This document shows positions 1 through 9,834 of a stretch of 64,000 bases of DNA, in pieces. Below the pieces are notes generated by a model. It searched no databases. It was not told the DNA's origin and saw only the letters and a list, made by a program, of their open reading frames with translations. A program made the translations under genes and the position numbers. The DNA is from Acidimicrobiales bacterium (GTDB taxonomy: Bacteria; Actinomycetota; Acidimicrobiia; Acidimicrobiales; RAAP-2). The stretch is from NCBI GenBank assembly GCA_035533495.1, contig DATLTW010000074.1:25006-89005 (forward strand), written 5' to 3'. Position 1 is the stretch's first letter. The number at the start of each line of letters is the position of its first letter.

Positions 1-119
1 GCGTTAGCGTGGAGATGCCCCCTGGCGGAGTGCTCAGCGGGCTCACCAAGCGGATACGCACTTTTGACCAGCAGTTCGCCCCCGCCACCCTTCACGAGTT
101 ACAGGAGATTGCGCCATGA
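1..119 (+). CDS. fabD: Malonyl-CoA:ACP transacylase, C-terminal fragment (runs off window)
   Basis: Frame 3 reads VSVEMPPGGVLSGLTKRI..., matching the FabD C-terminal vE.gPG.VLsgLvkri motif; TGA overlaps the fabG ATG (ATGA). Confidence 0.75.
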   Translation, partial: VSVEMPPGGVLSGLTKRIRTFDQQFAPATLHELQEIAP

Positions 120-820
120 GTCGACACGTCATCGTCACCGGAGCCAGCCGCGGTATCGGCGCAGCTATTGCCGAGCACTTCATCCTTGAGGGCGACACCG
201 TCGTCACCCTTTCACGATCGGCCAACGCCCCCGCGGGTTGCGCGAAGTCCTTCACGGTGGACGTGGGCGACTCCACGGCCGTGAATCTCGCGGTCAAGGC
301 GTCCGTCGACGAGTTCGGCCCCGTCGACGTGGTCGTGGTGAACGCGGGCGTGACGCACGACGGCCTGGCGCTGCGGATGTCCGACGAACAGTGGCGCGAA
401 GTACTAACAACGAATCTCGACGGCGCGTTTTTCACCGCGCGCGCGGCGATGGCTTCAATGGTGCGAGCGCGCTCGGGATCGATCATCTTCATCGGTTCGG
501 TCTCGCCTTTCATGGGGGTACCCGGTCAAGCCAACTACGCCGCCGCGAAAGCCGGACTCGTCGGTCTGGCCCGCTCCCTCGCCAAAGAGCTGGCGTCGCG
601 CTCGGTGACGGTGAACGTCGTGGCGCCGGGCTTGATTGACACTGAGATGACCAGTGAACTCGGCGACGCGAGGGAAAGTATGGCCGCAATGATTCCTCTC
701 GGGCACGTCGGGGCGCCGTCGGATATCGCTGGGGTTGTCGGGTTCCTCGCCAGTAACCACGCTCGCTACATCACCGGAGCGATCATCACCGTCGACGGCG
801 GTCTCTCACTCGGCCACTAG
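116..820 (+). CDS. fabG: 3-oxoacyl-ACP reductase (SDR)
   Basis: TGASRGIG, NAG and YAAAK motifs; fab cluster context. Confidence 0.93.
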   Translation: MSRHVIVTGASRGIGAAIAEHFILEGDTVVTLSRSANAPAGCAKSFTVDVGDSTAVNLAVKASVDEFGPVDVVVVNAGVTHDGLALRMSDEQWREVLTTNLDGAFFTARAAMASMVRARSGSIIFIGSVSPFMGVPGQANYAAAKAGLVGLARSLAKELASRSVTVNVVAPGLIDTEMTSELGDARESMAAMIPLGHVGAPSDIAGVVGFLASNHARYITGAIITVDGGLSLGH

Positions 821-880
821 CGGTGCTCACCCGTAGAGGTCATTGAGTACGATGGGACGACAGATTAAAGGGGTAACACC

Positions 881-1120
881 ATGGATCGCAACCAGGCTTT
901 CGCCAAATTCACCGAGGACACCGTCGAGGTTTTGGCCGTCGACCCCGCTCAGGTCACCCTCGAAGCATCGTTCGGCGACGACCTCGGCGCAGACAGCCTT
1001 GACCTCGTCGAGCTCGTGATGGCGCTCGAGGAGACCTTCGACATTGAAGTCGCCGAAGACGAACTCAAGGAGATCAAGACCGTCGGCGAGGCCTTCGAGC
1101 TGATCTACGCCAAGCTGTAG
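881..1120 (+). CDS. acpP: Acyl carrier protein
   Basis: [12 protein letters not shown] phosphopantetheine motif, acidic 79 aa, SD AAGGGG. Confidence 0.96.
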   Translation: MDRNQAFAKFTEDTVEVLAVDPAQVTLEASFGDDLGADSLDLVELVMALEETFDIEVAEDELKEIKTVGEAFELIYAKL

Positions 1121-2319
1121 TGCTCGTTGCGGTCACTCCCTCGGGGCCGGTACGCGGGCGCCGCGTAGCAGTCACCGGCCTGGGCGCTCTTACGTGCGTC
1201 GGCGAGGGCGTCGCCACGTTGTGGAGTGCACTCGCCAGGGCCACCGCGCCCGCGTCGATGCGAATCGGTGCCTTCGACACTTCCCATCTCGGAGGGCCCA
1301 AGGAACTTCGCCGGCTCGACCCCTTCGCGCTCTACGCGCTCGTCGCCGCTGACGAGGCGTGGCGCCAGAGCGGATTGCAAGGACCGCTCGACGACGCGGG
1401 CAGCATCGTCACCACCGGCATCGGTGGGCTCCAAACGGTGTTAGAGCAAGACGTGGTGCTGGGCCAAAAAGGTCCGGACCGAGTGTCACCGTTCTTGGTA
1501 CCGATGATGATGCCCAACGCGGCCACCGCGGCGGTGTCGATGCGCTTTGGACTCGGCGGACCGTGCGAGACCGTCACCACCGCGTGCGCGGCCGGGACCC
1601 ACGCCATCGGTAACGCCGCTCGTTTGGTGGCCTCGGGTCGGTGCCCGGTGGCCATCGCCGGGGGCGCCGAGGCCGTCATGGTTCAGATCGCCGAAGCCGG
1701 CTTTCGCAATATGACAGCGCTGTCGACGACGAATCTCTCTCGACCGTTCGACGTCAATCGTGACGGCTTTGTCATGGGCGAAGGCGCCGGCATTCTGATC
1801 CTTGAAGAGTGGGACCACGCGCTGGCCCGGGGCGCCACCATATTGGCCGAGGTGCTCGGCGCCGCGTCCACGGCCGACGCATATCACATCACCGCGCCCG
1901 ATCCCGTCGCCCGTGGCGCGATCCGATGCATGGAGTTGGCTCTCGCCGACGCCGAGATCAGCGCGAGCGACGTGTCGCACATCAACGCCCACGGCACCTC
2001 GACCCAGTTGAACGACTTGTCCGAGTCCGTCGCGGTGCGTCAAGTGTTCGGCAACAGCGCCCCGCCCGTCACGTCGGTCAAGGGACACCTCGGTCACTCG
2101 CTCGCCGCCGCCGGGGCGCTCGAGGGCGTCGTCTCGGTGCTCACCTTGCAAAACCAAGTCATCCCCCCCACGGCCGGCACCACCGAGATCGACCCCGCGA
2201 TAGGCCTCGACGTCGTGATCGGCGCGCCACGACCCGCCGAGGTCGACGTCGTGTTGTCAAACTCCTTTGGCTTTGGTGGCCACAACGGCAGCGTCATCTT
2301 TCGACGCGTGGTGGCCTAG
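1120..2319 (+). CDS. fabF: Beta-ketoacyl-ACP synthase II
   Basis: TACAAG (Cys), NAHGTST, KGHLGHSL and SNSFGFGGHN motifs. Confidence 0.93.
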   Translation: MLVAVTPSGPVRGRRVAVTGLGALTCVGEGVATLWSALARATAPASMRIGAFDTSHLGGPKELRRLDPFALYALVAADEAWRQSGLQGPLDDAGSIVTTGIGGLQTVLEQDVVLGQKGPDRVSPFLVPMMMPNAATAAVSMRFGLGGPCETVTTACAAGTHAIGNAARLVASGRCPVAIAGGAEAVMVQIAEAGFRNMTALSTTNLSRPFDVNRDGFVMGEGAGILILEEWDHALARGATILAEVLGAASTADAYHITAPDPVARGAIRCMELALADAEISASDVSHINAHGTSTQLNDLSESVAVRQVFGNSAPPVTSVKGHLGHSLAAAGALEGVVSVLTLQNQVIPPTAGTTEIDPAIGLDVVIGAPRPAEVDVVLSNSFGFGGHNGSVIFRRVVA

Positions 2320-2979
2320 TTAGAGACTCCACTCGTCAAAGTGACGTTCGACGTACGCGTTGTCGTACGCCCAACGGGCGTTGGCGATGAACTGACCGAG
2401 TAAAACGGGGTCCTTCACACCCGGCGCGCTCTCGACGCCGGCGCGCACGTCGACGCCAAAGACCGGAAAGTTCTGCACGACGTCCACCACGCTTGACACG
2501 CTCAGCCCCCCCGAAGCGATCAGTGGCACCCGTTGGCCAGAGTCCAACAAGAGCTCGAGCGAGTCCACCAGCGCCTCTTGTTCGTCCGATTCGGGCAGCA
2601 CCAAATAATCCACGCCGCCGAGAAGCGCGAGACGTTCGGTTCCGTCGGGCACCATTCGCAACACCGTATTCACGCGCTCCGAAATGTAGCTGAGTTCCTC
2701 GGTGGGGATGGGCCCGTCAATTTGCACCGCACTGAGTCCGAGGGTATTGGCAATCTCCACGATTCGCTGAGGGAGTTCGTTTCGAAAGACCCCTACCGAC
2801 ACGGCGCCCTGGGGCAGTCGACGCACGATGTCGTGCGCCGCGTTCACCGAAATCTGACGGGCCGTCAAAGCGAAGTCGAAGCCCACCGCACTGGCCCCCA
2901 GCCCAATCGAAAAGAGCGCGTCCTCTTCGGACGTGACGCCCGAAATCTTGATAAAGAGGCCCTCAGGGTTGAGCCGCAC
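2320..2979 (-). CDS. Phosphoribosylanthranilate isomerase (TrpF)-like TIM barrel, catalytic residues altered
   Basis: FIKISGVT..EDA, VGVF.N, SGGL...V and GVDV..GVE.APGVKD resemble TrpF, but KICG is KISG and the LLD..GGTG loop is absent. Confidence 0.75.
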   Translation of the reverse strand: MRLNPEGLFIKISGVTSEEDALFSIGLGASAVGFDFALTARQISVNAAHDIVRRLPQGAVSVGVFRNELPQRIVEIANTLGLSAVQIDGPIPTEELSYISERVNTVLRMVPDGTERLALLGGVDYLVLPESDEQEALVDSLELLLDSGQRVPLIASGGLSVSSVVDVVQNFPVFGVDVRAGVESAPGVKDPVLLGQFIANARWAYDNAYVERHFDEWSL

Positions 2980-3025
2980 GTTCCATCTCCATGGGTTGTA
3001 CGTTACTCACGGCTTTCAAAGACGC

Positions 3026-3724
3026 TCAGTCAACCTCTTCAATGGTGACGTCGACACCATTCATGTCACTCGGTGCGCTCAACAGCGTTCGGTGCGCGAA
3101 GCCAAGGCCCACGAAACGCGCGTGGCGCCACCGTCCACTGGTCACGCCTTGCGGACCGGCCGGGCCCTTGGACCTCAACACCTCGTCGACCCGCTCTCGA
3201 CTCGGACCGCTCACGCGAACGAACCGCCACGGCACGCTCGAACCTCTCGCGTCGAGGCGAGCGACGAGCTCTTGACCGGTGAAGCAGCCCTTTTGAAACG
3301 AGACGGTGGCGCCAACGAAGGCGTGGCCAAAGCTGTGGGGCGTCAGTGACGCGGCGAACTCATTTGGTCCGGGCCACGCGGCGTCTATCTGCTCGTCCAG
3401 CGTCGCGAAGGGGCCCTCGCCCACGTCGTGGTTCGTCAGCGTGCACTTGGTTCGCAACAGAAATCGCCGAAGTCTCGCCGTGGCGTCGGCGGCTAACTCG
3501 CGCGGGACGACGACGTCGAAGCCGTCGTCACGGCGGGTCACGAAACACGTCGTGACGATCACGCTGTCGGGCGCGAGCAGCAGCGCCCACGTGCCGTGTT
3601 CACCCGCGTCGGTCAGGTCCTGGCTCAGTTGCCCCTGAAGAAAGGATTCGGACTCAACGCCCCGGGCCTCGATTGCGGACCACTCGAGCACGTTCGCGCC
3701 CACGTCGTCGATCAGTTCGCTCAT
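3026..3724 (-). CDS. ygfZ: YgfZ/GcvT-family folate-binding protein
   Basis: KGCFTGQELVAR signature; N-terminal FLQGQLSQD. Confidence 0.88.
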   Translation of the reverse strand: MSELIDDVGANVLEWSAIEARGVESESFLQGQLSQDLTDAGEHGTWALLLAPDSVIVTTCFVTRRDDGFDVVVPRELAADATARLRRFLLRTKCTLTNHDVGEGPFATLDEQIDAAWPGPNEFAASLTPHSFGHAFVGATVSFQKGCFTGQELVARLDARGSSVPWRFVRVSGPSRERVDEVLRSKGPAGPQGVTSGRWRHARFVGLGFAHRTLLSAPSDMNGVDVTIEEVD

Positions 3725-3784
3725 TGACTATTACAGTATTCGCCAACGCAACGAAACTTGCCGAAGCACCGAGGGTGGCCACCA

Positions 3785-3973
3785 ATGAGCATGCAGACCG
3801 AACTAAACACCATCACCTCAACGATGACGGAGCTCTCAACGCGCATCACCCTCCTCGTCGAATCAGAGGGAAGCGCCATGCCCCCGGAGATCTTCGCCGA
3901 ACTCGTCGAGGCGGAACGCACCGTGGGCGCGTTGTTGCGCCGACTCACTCGTGTGGCCGGTCGGTCTCTCTAA
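3785..3973 (+). CDS. Small helical hypothetical protein (62 aa)
   Basis: ATG at 3785 with upstream GAGGG; amphipathic coiled-coil-like sequence MSMQTELNTI...; fills the gap between ygfZ and mshD. Confidence 0.65.
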   Translation: MSMQTELNTITSTMTELSTRITLLVESEGSAMPPEIFAELVEAERTVGALLRRLTRVAGRSL

Positions 3974-3995
3974 CTCTCGCCGGTAGTGTTCGGCT

Positions 3996-4841
3996 ATGGC
4001 TTCTGCGTGGTGGTACGTACTCTCCTTATCACCACAACAACGTCTCGATGTTCTCAACTTGTTGAACCGCACGGAGTCGCTCCTCGGACGTGAGGCGATC
4101 GATGAAGGACGCCGGCGTACCGTCGTGCACGGATGGCGAGCTCAGCACTGGCTCTCCTACGAAGGAGCCGTCCTCGCCAAGTACGCCATGTCCAACGGGG
4201 ACGAGGACGCCACGGTCGAGATGTGCGGCGGCGAGTTCGACAAAGAACTACTCCAGGATCTCTTGGCCGCGCACGACGTCGTGGACTGGTGGACCCGGGG
4301 CCCACAGGCCAGCCCCTACGATCACGGCAACGTCATACGCATGCTCCAACTGCTACGGGTCAAGCTACCGGTCGCTCTCGAAGCGGTGCCCGAAGGAGCG
4401 GTACTGCGCAATTTCGAGACCCATCGCGACGAGGACGCCTGGCTCGAACAGAACAACGCCGCCTTCGCCCACCACCCTGAGCAAGGAGCCTGGCGTCTGG
4501 CCGATCTCGACGCGCGCACCCACGAGCCCTGGTTCGACCCCTCGGGATTCCTGCTCTTGGAGATCGACGGGCGGATCGCCGCGTCGTGTTGGACCAAGGT
4601 GCACGAACTGCACCCCGATCGCTTCGGCGAGATCTACGTCGCGTCGGTGCACCCGGACTTCCAAGGACGCCATCTCGGTCGCGTGATGGTCACCCAAGGT
4701 CTCAACGTCTTGTGGCGAAAGGGCGTCACCGACGCCGTGCTGTTCGTGGACGAGTCCAACGACACCGCCAAGAAGCTCTATGACTCGCTGGGCTTTCGAC
4801 TTGAGCGAGAGGACCGACTGATTCGATTCACGCGTCCTTAA
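3996..4841 (+). CDS. mshD: Mycothiol synthase (tandem GNAT)
   Basis: NNAAFAHHPEQG.W, EPWFDPSG, CWTKVH, GEIYV and LFVDESN motifs. Confidence 0.92.
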   Translation: MASAWWYVLSLSPQQRLDVLNLLNRTESLLGREAIDEGRRRTVVHGWRAQHWLSYEGAVLAKYAMSNGDEDATVEMCGGEFDKELLQDLLAAHDVVDWWTRGPQASPYDHGNVIRMLQLLRVKLPVALEAVPEGAVLRNFETHRDEDAWLEQNNAAFAHHPEQGAWRLADLDARTHEPWFDPSGFLLLEIDGRIAASCWTKVHELHPDRFGEIYVASVHPDFQGRHLGRVMVTQGLNVLWRKGVTDAVLFVDESNDTAKKLYDSLGFRLEREDRLIRFTRP

Positions 4842-5539
4842 TGGGCGCCTACCAGGACACCGACGCCAAACGTCACCGCTGAAGCCAGGGCCGCGATGAA
4901 GAACGACCGGCACGCGGAAAAGAGTATGCCCCGGTGCGTGTAAAGACCGACCGCCGCCCCAACACCGAGCGAGGCGGCCGCGGCGACGCCGATCGACCAC
5001 CACACGACGTTGCCCGTGGTGGTCACGAGCCAGGGCAGTAGAGGTATGAGCGCCCCGATCGAGAACATGAGGAACGAATACGAAGACGCCATCCACGGCG
5101 ATCCCGTCGCCGAAGGATCGATCCCGAGCTCTTCGCGCGTGTGGGTGCGCAGCGCCAGGTCGGGATTCTTCATCAAATCCGTGGAGAGTCGTTCGGCAAG
5201 TTCCGAATCAATCCCTCGCCCGAGAAAGATATCGCGCAGTTCCAAGCGCTCAAGTTCGGGCTCGGCCGCCAACGCTCGCCGCTCGACGTCAATCTCGTGC
5301 TCGTAGAGTTCCTTTTGCGCGCGCATCGAGAGGTACTCGCCACTGCCCATCGAAAACGCACCGGCGACGAGGCCGGCCAGACCCGCGAGTCGCACAATGT
5401 CGTGACCCGGATTAGCGCCGGCGAAGCCAAGAATGAGTGACACGTTCGTCACGAGACCATCGGAGAGACCAAAGAGGGCGGCGCGAAAGCCACCACCGCT
5501 TATCTGGCGATGGTGCGATTCAGTAACCGGGGAGCTCAC
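4838..5539 (-). CDS. VIT1/CCC1-family Fe/Mn transporter
   Basis: RAALFGLSDGLV, AGAFSMGSGEYLS, REELGID. Confidence 0.92.
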   Translation of the reverse strand: MSSPVTESHHRQISGGGFRAALFGLSDGLVTNVSLILGFAGANPGHDIVRLAGLAGLVAGAFSMGSGEYLSMRAQKELYEHEIDVERRALAAEPELERLELRDIFLGRGIDSELAERLSTDLMKNPDLALRTHTREELGIDPSATGSPWMASSYSFLMFSIGALIPLLPWLVTTTGNVVWWSIGVAAAASLGVGAAVGLYTHRGILFSACRSFFIAALASAVTFGVGVLVGAH

Positions 5540-5616
5540 GTTGAGAGTCTATTAGTGGCCCCCGCGTCGAAACGGTGGCTTCGTAGCGAAAGATAGAGTT
5601 GGCTCGGAGGTACACC

Positions 5617-6072
5617 ATGGCAACGAACGTCAACAGCATCGAAGAATTGAGCGCTCTCGTCGGCACCCATCTGGGATACTCCGACTATCGAACGGTCACC
5701 CAGGAACAGGTGAACCTCTTCGCCGACGCCACCGGCGATCACCAGTGGATCCACGTTGACCCCGAGCGCGCCGCCAAGGGTCCCTTTGGTCACACCATCG
5801 CGCACGGCTACCTCACGTTGTCGCTGATTCCAGTGCTCTTGGGCGGCATGTTGAAAGTCGAGGGCGTCACGATGGGCGTGAACTACGGCACGAACAAGGT
5901 TCGCTTTATCTCACCGGTACCCGTAGGGTCAGAGATACGCGCCGGCGCCACGTTGGCCTCGGCCGAAGAGGTCGCCACTGGCGTACAGATCGCGATGGAC
6001 GTCACTGTGGAGATCAAGGGAGCGCCAAAACCGGCCTGCGTGGCGCAAGTGATCTCCCGGCTCTACCGATAA
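5617..6072 (+). CDS. MaoC-family (R)-specific enoyl dehydratase
   Basis: FADATGDHQWIHVD hydratase-2 motif and TIAHGYLTLSL; SD GGAGG before ATG 5617. Confidence 0.9.
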   Translation: MATNVNSIEELSALVGTHLGYSDYRTVTQEQVNLFADATGDHQWIHVDPERAAKGPFGHTIAHGYLTLSLIPVLLGGMLKVEGVTMGVNYGTNKVRFISPVPVGSEIRAGATLASAEEVATGVQIAMDVTVEIKGAPKPACVAQVISRLYR

Positions 6073-6076
6073 CACC

Positions 6077-6769
6077 TTGACCGGCTCCACCCTCCCTCAG
6101 GGCGTCGAAAAGACTGAGCATGTTCGCAAAATGTTTGACGCCATCGCTCCGCGCTATGAGCTTGTGAACAAGCTCATGACTTTCGGCCTCGACGCCAGAT
6201 GGCGCCGTCGCGCCGTCAGCGACCTTCGCCTCACCCCAAACAGTGTGGTCCTCGACGTGGCCGCGGGCACCGGGGACTTCACGCGCGAGCTCCGCCGCCA
6301 AGGTCAGCGCGCCGTGGCCACCGACTTAAGTTTCAACATGCTCACCACCGCCCGAGGCGTCCCCGCGCGCGTTCAGGCCGACGCCTCGTTATTGCCCTTT
6401 CGACGCGCCAGCTTCGATGGTGTCACCTGTGGCTACGCGCTGCGCAACTTTACGGACCTGAAGGCATCGTTCGACGAGATGGCGCGAGTGCTTCGCCCCG
6501 GCGGACGCCTCTCGCTGCTCGAGGTCGCCGAGCCCAATTCCGGACTCTGGCGCATTGGTTTTCGGATCTGGTTCCGTAAAGTCGTGCCGTTCATCGGCTC
6601 GCTCGTGTCGGACCGCGCGGCGTACCACTATCTCCCGGCGTCCACGGCGTACTTGCCTTCGCCCAGCGAGATCACCGCGATGTTGAATCGCGCCGGCTTC
6701 AGCGCCGTCAATAATCGACGGGTCATGGGCGGATTGAGCCAACAGTTCCTAGCGACGAGGATCGCGTGA
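6077..6769 (+). CDS. menG: Demethylmenaquinone methyltransferase (UbiE/MenG)
   Basis: MFDAIAPRYE..N, VLDVAAGTGD, LRNFTD..EMARVLRPGG. Confidence 0.88.
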   Translation: MTGSTLPQGVEKTEHVRKMFDAIAPRYELVNKLMTFGLDARWRRRAVSDLRLTPNSVVLDVAAGTGDFTRELRRQGQRAVATDLSFNMLTTARGVPARVQADASLLPFRRASFDGVTCGYALRNFTDLKASFDEMARVLRPGGRLSLLEVAEPNSGLWRIGFRIWFRKVVPFIGSLVSDRAAYHYLPASTAYLPSPSEITAMLNRAGFSAVNNRRVMGGLSQQFLATRIA

Positions 6770-8004
6770 GATTCCAACGTACGAGCATCGCTCCGCTACG
6801 GGCGGACACCCTTCGAACATTGGGCGCGCGTGACGGGTGGCTCGTCGAAACGCCCGACGTGCTTCGCGTGGGCTTTGGTCGTCTGGTCGACCAGGTGCAC
6901 CTCGCGGGTGGCCTTGGGACGCCGACGAACGCAATGACCGCGTTACGCCGCCACGAACTCGTCGGCGACCCTGGCCCCGCGGGGACCGGCGTCGTGGCCT
7001 TCGCGGCACTGCCCTTTGACCGTAACGCCCCTGGTGAACTCCAGATTCCAGAGTTCTGTGTCACGCAGACGAGATCGGGCCAAGCGTGGGTGAGTTCGCT
7101 CGAGGGTTCGAACCTGTGGCGTGAACTCCTCGAGTCGGTCCTGGCGCCCACCCAGGAGACTCAGAGTCTTCGCTCCCTCACCTATCAGCCCACCCCGGAG
7201 GAGTACGCCCACAACGTCGCCCTGGCGGTGGAAATCCTTCGACGTAAGGAGATCGACAAAGTCGTGCTCGCGCGCGCCGTCTTAGGATCGGTCCCCGAAC
7301 CCATCGACCCCGCCGCGATCGCCCAACGCCTACGCCTGCGAGAGCCAATCTGTACCCTCTACAGTCTTCCGACCACCGACGGGCGTCGATTCGTGGGGGC
7401 CAGCCCTGAACTGCTCGTTCGTCGCAGCGGCGCCGAGATTCAGTGCAATCCGCTCGCCGGCACGATCGCCTTGCCGCCGAACGTCGCCCCTGACGACTAC
7501 CAAACCTGGCTGCTCGGCAGCACCAAGAATCTCCACGAGCACGCCGTCGTGGTCGATGAGATTGTCCGCGTCCTCGCCAACGTCTACGACGACATCAGTG
7601 CCGACGCCGAACCCTCCATCGTGACGCTGCGCACGGTGGCCCACCTGGGTACCTGGATAAACGCTCGCAGTCACGACCCGCACGCGCCCGACGCGCTCGA
7701 CGTGCTGAGAATGCTCCATCCCACGTCGGCGGTTGGCGGCATCCCCCGAGAGAGTGCTTACGAACTCATCTGTCGTCTCGAACAACGTGATCGTGGATAC
7801 TTCGCCGGACCGCTCGGCTGGATCGACGCTCAGGGCGACGGCGAGTGGTGGATTGGACTTCGGGGCGTCTTAATTTCGGGACAAGCGTTCGAAGCGTGGG
7901 CCGGCGCGGGCATCGTCAGTGAGTCGGACCCCATTGCCGAGCGCGAAGAGACCAAGAACAAACTCGCCGTGGTACTTTCGACCGTGTTGGTTGATCTCGT
8001 CTAG
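6766..8004 (+). CDS. menF: Isochorismate synthase
   Basis: KVVLAR, FVGASPELL, PLAGT, KNLHEH, LHPT.AVGG, AGAGIV. Confidence 0.88.
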   Translation: MRFQRTSIAPLRADTLRTLGARDGWLVETPDVLRVGFGRLVDQVHLAGGLGTPTNAMTALRRHELVGDPGPAGTGVVAFAALPFDRNAPGELQIPEFCVTQTRSGQAWVSSLEGSNLWRELLESVLAPTQETQSLRSLTYQPTPEEYAHNVALAVEILRRKEIDKVVLARAVLGSVPEPIDPAAIAQRLRLREPICTLYSLPTTDGRRFVGASPELLVRRSGAEIQCNPLAGTIALPPNVAPDDYQTWLLGSTKNLHEHAVVVDEIVRVLANVYDDISADAEPSIVTLRTVAHLGTWINARSHDPHAPDALDVLRMLHPTSAVGGIPRESAYELICRLEQRDRGYFAGPLGWIDAQGDGEWWIGLRGVLISGQAFEAWAGAGIVSESDPIAEREETKNKLAVVLSTVLVDLV

Positions 8005-8720
8005 CCAATGTGGCGCTGAAATGGCCGCTCCAGAGCCCACTTGGTTACGAGGGCCAACGCTTCGATCACAATCGCCTTGGACATCTTCGACTCACCGCGT
8101 TGACGGTCCGTGAAGAAGATGGGAACTTCGATGATGGTCGCGCCACTGCGGCGCGCCCGGTACGTCATCTCAATTTGAAAACCGTACCCATCGGCCGTCA
8201 CGGTCTCGTAGCTCATCTTCTTTAAGGCAGAAGCGGAGTAGACGCGATAGCCCGACGTCGAGTCAGCCACGCGAAGTCCGAGCACGATCGACGCGTACTG
8301 ATTACCCCCACGCGAGAGCAGGCGTCGCGACCAGGTCCAGCGCGGGATGTGACCGCCCTCAACATAGCGCGAGCCAATGACCACGTCGTGACGGCGCGCT
8401 TCCACCAAGAGCGCGGGCAGGGCCAGTGGATCATGGGAAAAGTCGCAATCAATCTCGACCACGTGGTCGTAGCGGTGTTCGAGGCCCCACGCGAATCCCG
8501 CTCGGTAGGCTCCGCCGAGTCCACTCTTGGCGTCTCTTTCGAGCACCTCGATCTGACCTAGTTCTTCACCGACGAGGCGAGCCCGCGCAGCGGTGCCATC
8601 GGGACTGTTGTCGTCAACGACCAGCACGTCACACTCGGGCACCACCTCGCGCAACGTGCGAAGCATCAGTTCCACGTTGAGAATTTCGTTATAGGTGGGA
8701 AGCACCACGAGCGTGCGCAT
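8001..8720 (-). CDS. ppm1: Polyprenol-monophosphomannose synthase (GT2)
   Basis: PTYNE, VDDNSPDGT, DCDFSH and GYGFQIEM..GESKM. Confidence 0.88.
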   Translation of the reverse strand: MRTLVVLPTYNEILNVELMLRTLREVVPECDVLVVDDNSPDGTAARARLVGEELGQIEVLERDAKSGLGGAYRAGFAWGLEHRYDHVVEIDCDFSHDPLALPALLVEARRHDVVIGSRYVEGGHIPRWTWSRRLLSRGGNQYASIVLGLRVADSTSGYRVYSASALKKMSYETVTADGYGFQIEMTYRARRSGATIIEVPIFFTDRQRGESKMSKAIVIEALALVTKWALERPFQRHIG

Positions 8721-8805
8721 TAGGGAATACTACGAGTTGTCCTAGACTTGGCCAGTCGTGTTCCGCCCTATCAGCTTGGGAACGTGACACGCCTAAGGAA
8801 GCCCT

Positions 8806-9834
8806 ATGCCCGACGCTGCCCCAAAGAAGCGCTTCGCACTCCCTCGCGAGATTCGATTGATTCTTAGCTTTGGCTCGTTGATCTTCGTCTTGGGATATTT
8901 TGTTTTGCCCCAGATCGGCTCGGCTCATCACTCACTGCCGTTGCTCGCCTCGGTCAATCCCTTCTTAGTCATGATTGGCGTCGCGTTGGAGGTCAGCGCG
9001 ATCCTCGCTTACGTTGAGCTGACTCGTACGGTGTTGTATCCTTACGCGCCCAGCCGTCTGATCACCCTTCGGGTGAACATGGCCGCGCTGGCCATAAGTC
9101 ACGTGGTTCCCGGGGGCACGGCACCCGCGGGTGCCTTCTCCTTTCGGATATTCAACGAACTGGGCGTACCCAAAGAGACCAACGCTTTTGGACTGGCGGC
9201 CCAGGGCGCCGGCTCGGCGGTCGTGTTGAACATCATTTTCTGGATAGCCCTGGTCATTTCCATTCCGCTGAACGGGTTCAACCCCGCGTACGGTTTCGCC
9301 GCACTGGCCGGGGTCTTTTTGCTGATGGCCTTCTTTGGCACGATTCTCTTAATCACGCGGGGCCAGCGCCACGCCGATGCGTGGTTGCGCGCCATCGCTC
9401 GTCACGTCCCCTCGCTCAATCCCGAAGCCATCACCGCACTCTTGGCCAAGGTGGCCGATCGAATTACGCTCCTAATCGCCAACCGGCGCACGCTGTGGTG
9501 GGCCTTTACGTGGGCCACGCTCAACTGGCTCTTGGACGCGACCTGTCTTTGGGTCTTTCTCTGGTCCTTTGGCGCGGTCGTCTCACCAATCGACCTCCTA
9601 GTCGCGTACGGACTCGCGAACGTGCTCGCGGCGATTCCCCTGACACCCGCCGGATTGGGCGTCGTCGAAGGCGTTCTGATTGGCACGCTCGTTGGCTTTG
9701 GGGTACCGCACAGCCAGGCGATTCTGGCCGTACTCGCCTACCGTCTCGTCAACTTCTGGATTCCGATTCCACTCGGCGGAGCCGCGTACGCGAGTTGGCA
9801 GTGGCGCCGGCCGGCAGAAATTACACCTGGGTAA
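8806..9834 (+). CDS. Lysylphosphatidylglycerol-synthase TM domain / flippase-like (YbhN) membrane protein
   Basis: Multi-TM; TPAGLGVVEG and YRLVNFWIP motifs; divergent from ppm1. Confidence 0.82.
   Translation: MPDAAPKKRFALPREIRLILSFGSLIFVLGYFVLPQIGSAHHSLPLLASVNPFLVMIGVALEVSAILAYVELTRTVLYPYAPSRLITLRVNMAALAISHVVPGGTAPAGAFSFRIFNELGVPKETNAFGLAAQGAGSAVVLNIIFWIALVISIPLNGFNPAYGFAALAGVFLLMAFFGTILLITRGQRHADAWLRAIARHVPSLNPEAITALLAKVADRITLLIANRRTLWWAFTWATLNWLLDATCLWVFLWSFGAVVSPIDLLVAYGLANVLAAIPLTPAGLGVVEGVLIGTLVGFGVPHSQAILAVLAYRLVNFWIPIPLGGAAYASWQWRRPAEITPG

Noticed and set aside
5617-6072. MaoC dehydratase as the missing FAS-II dehydratase
   Set aside because: Not linked to the fab cluster and the family is widespread; cannot be supported from this window
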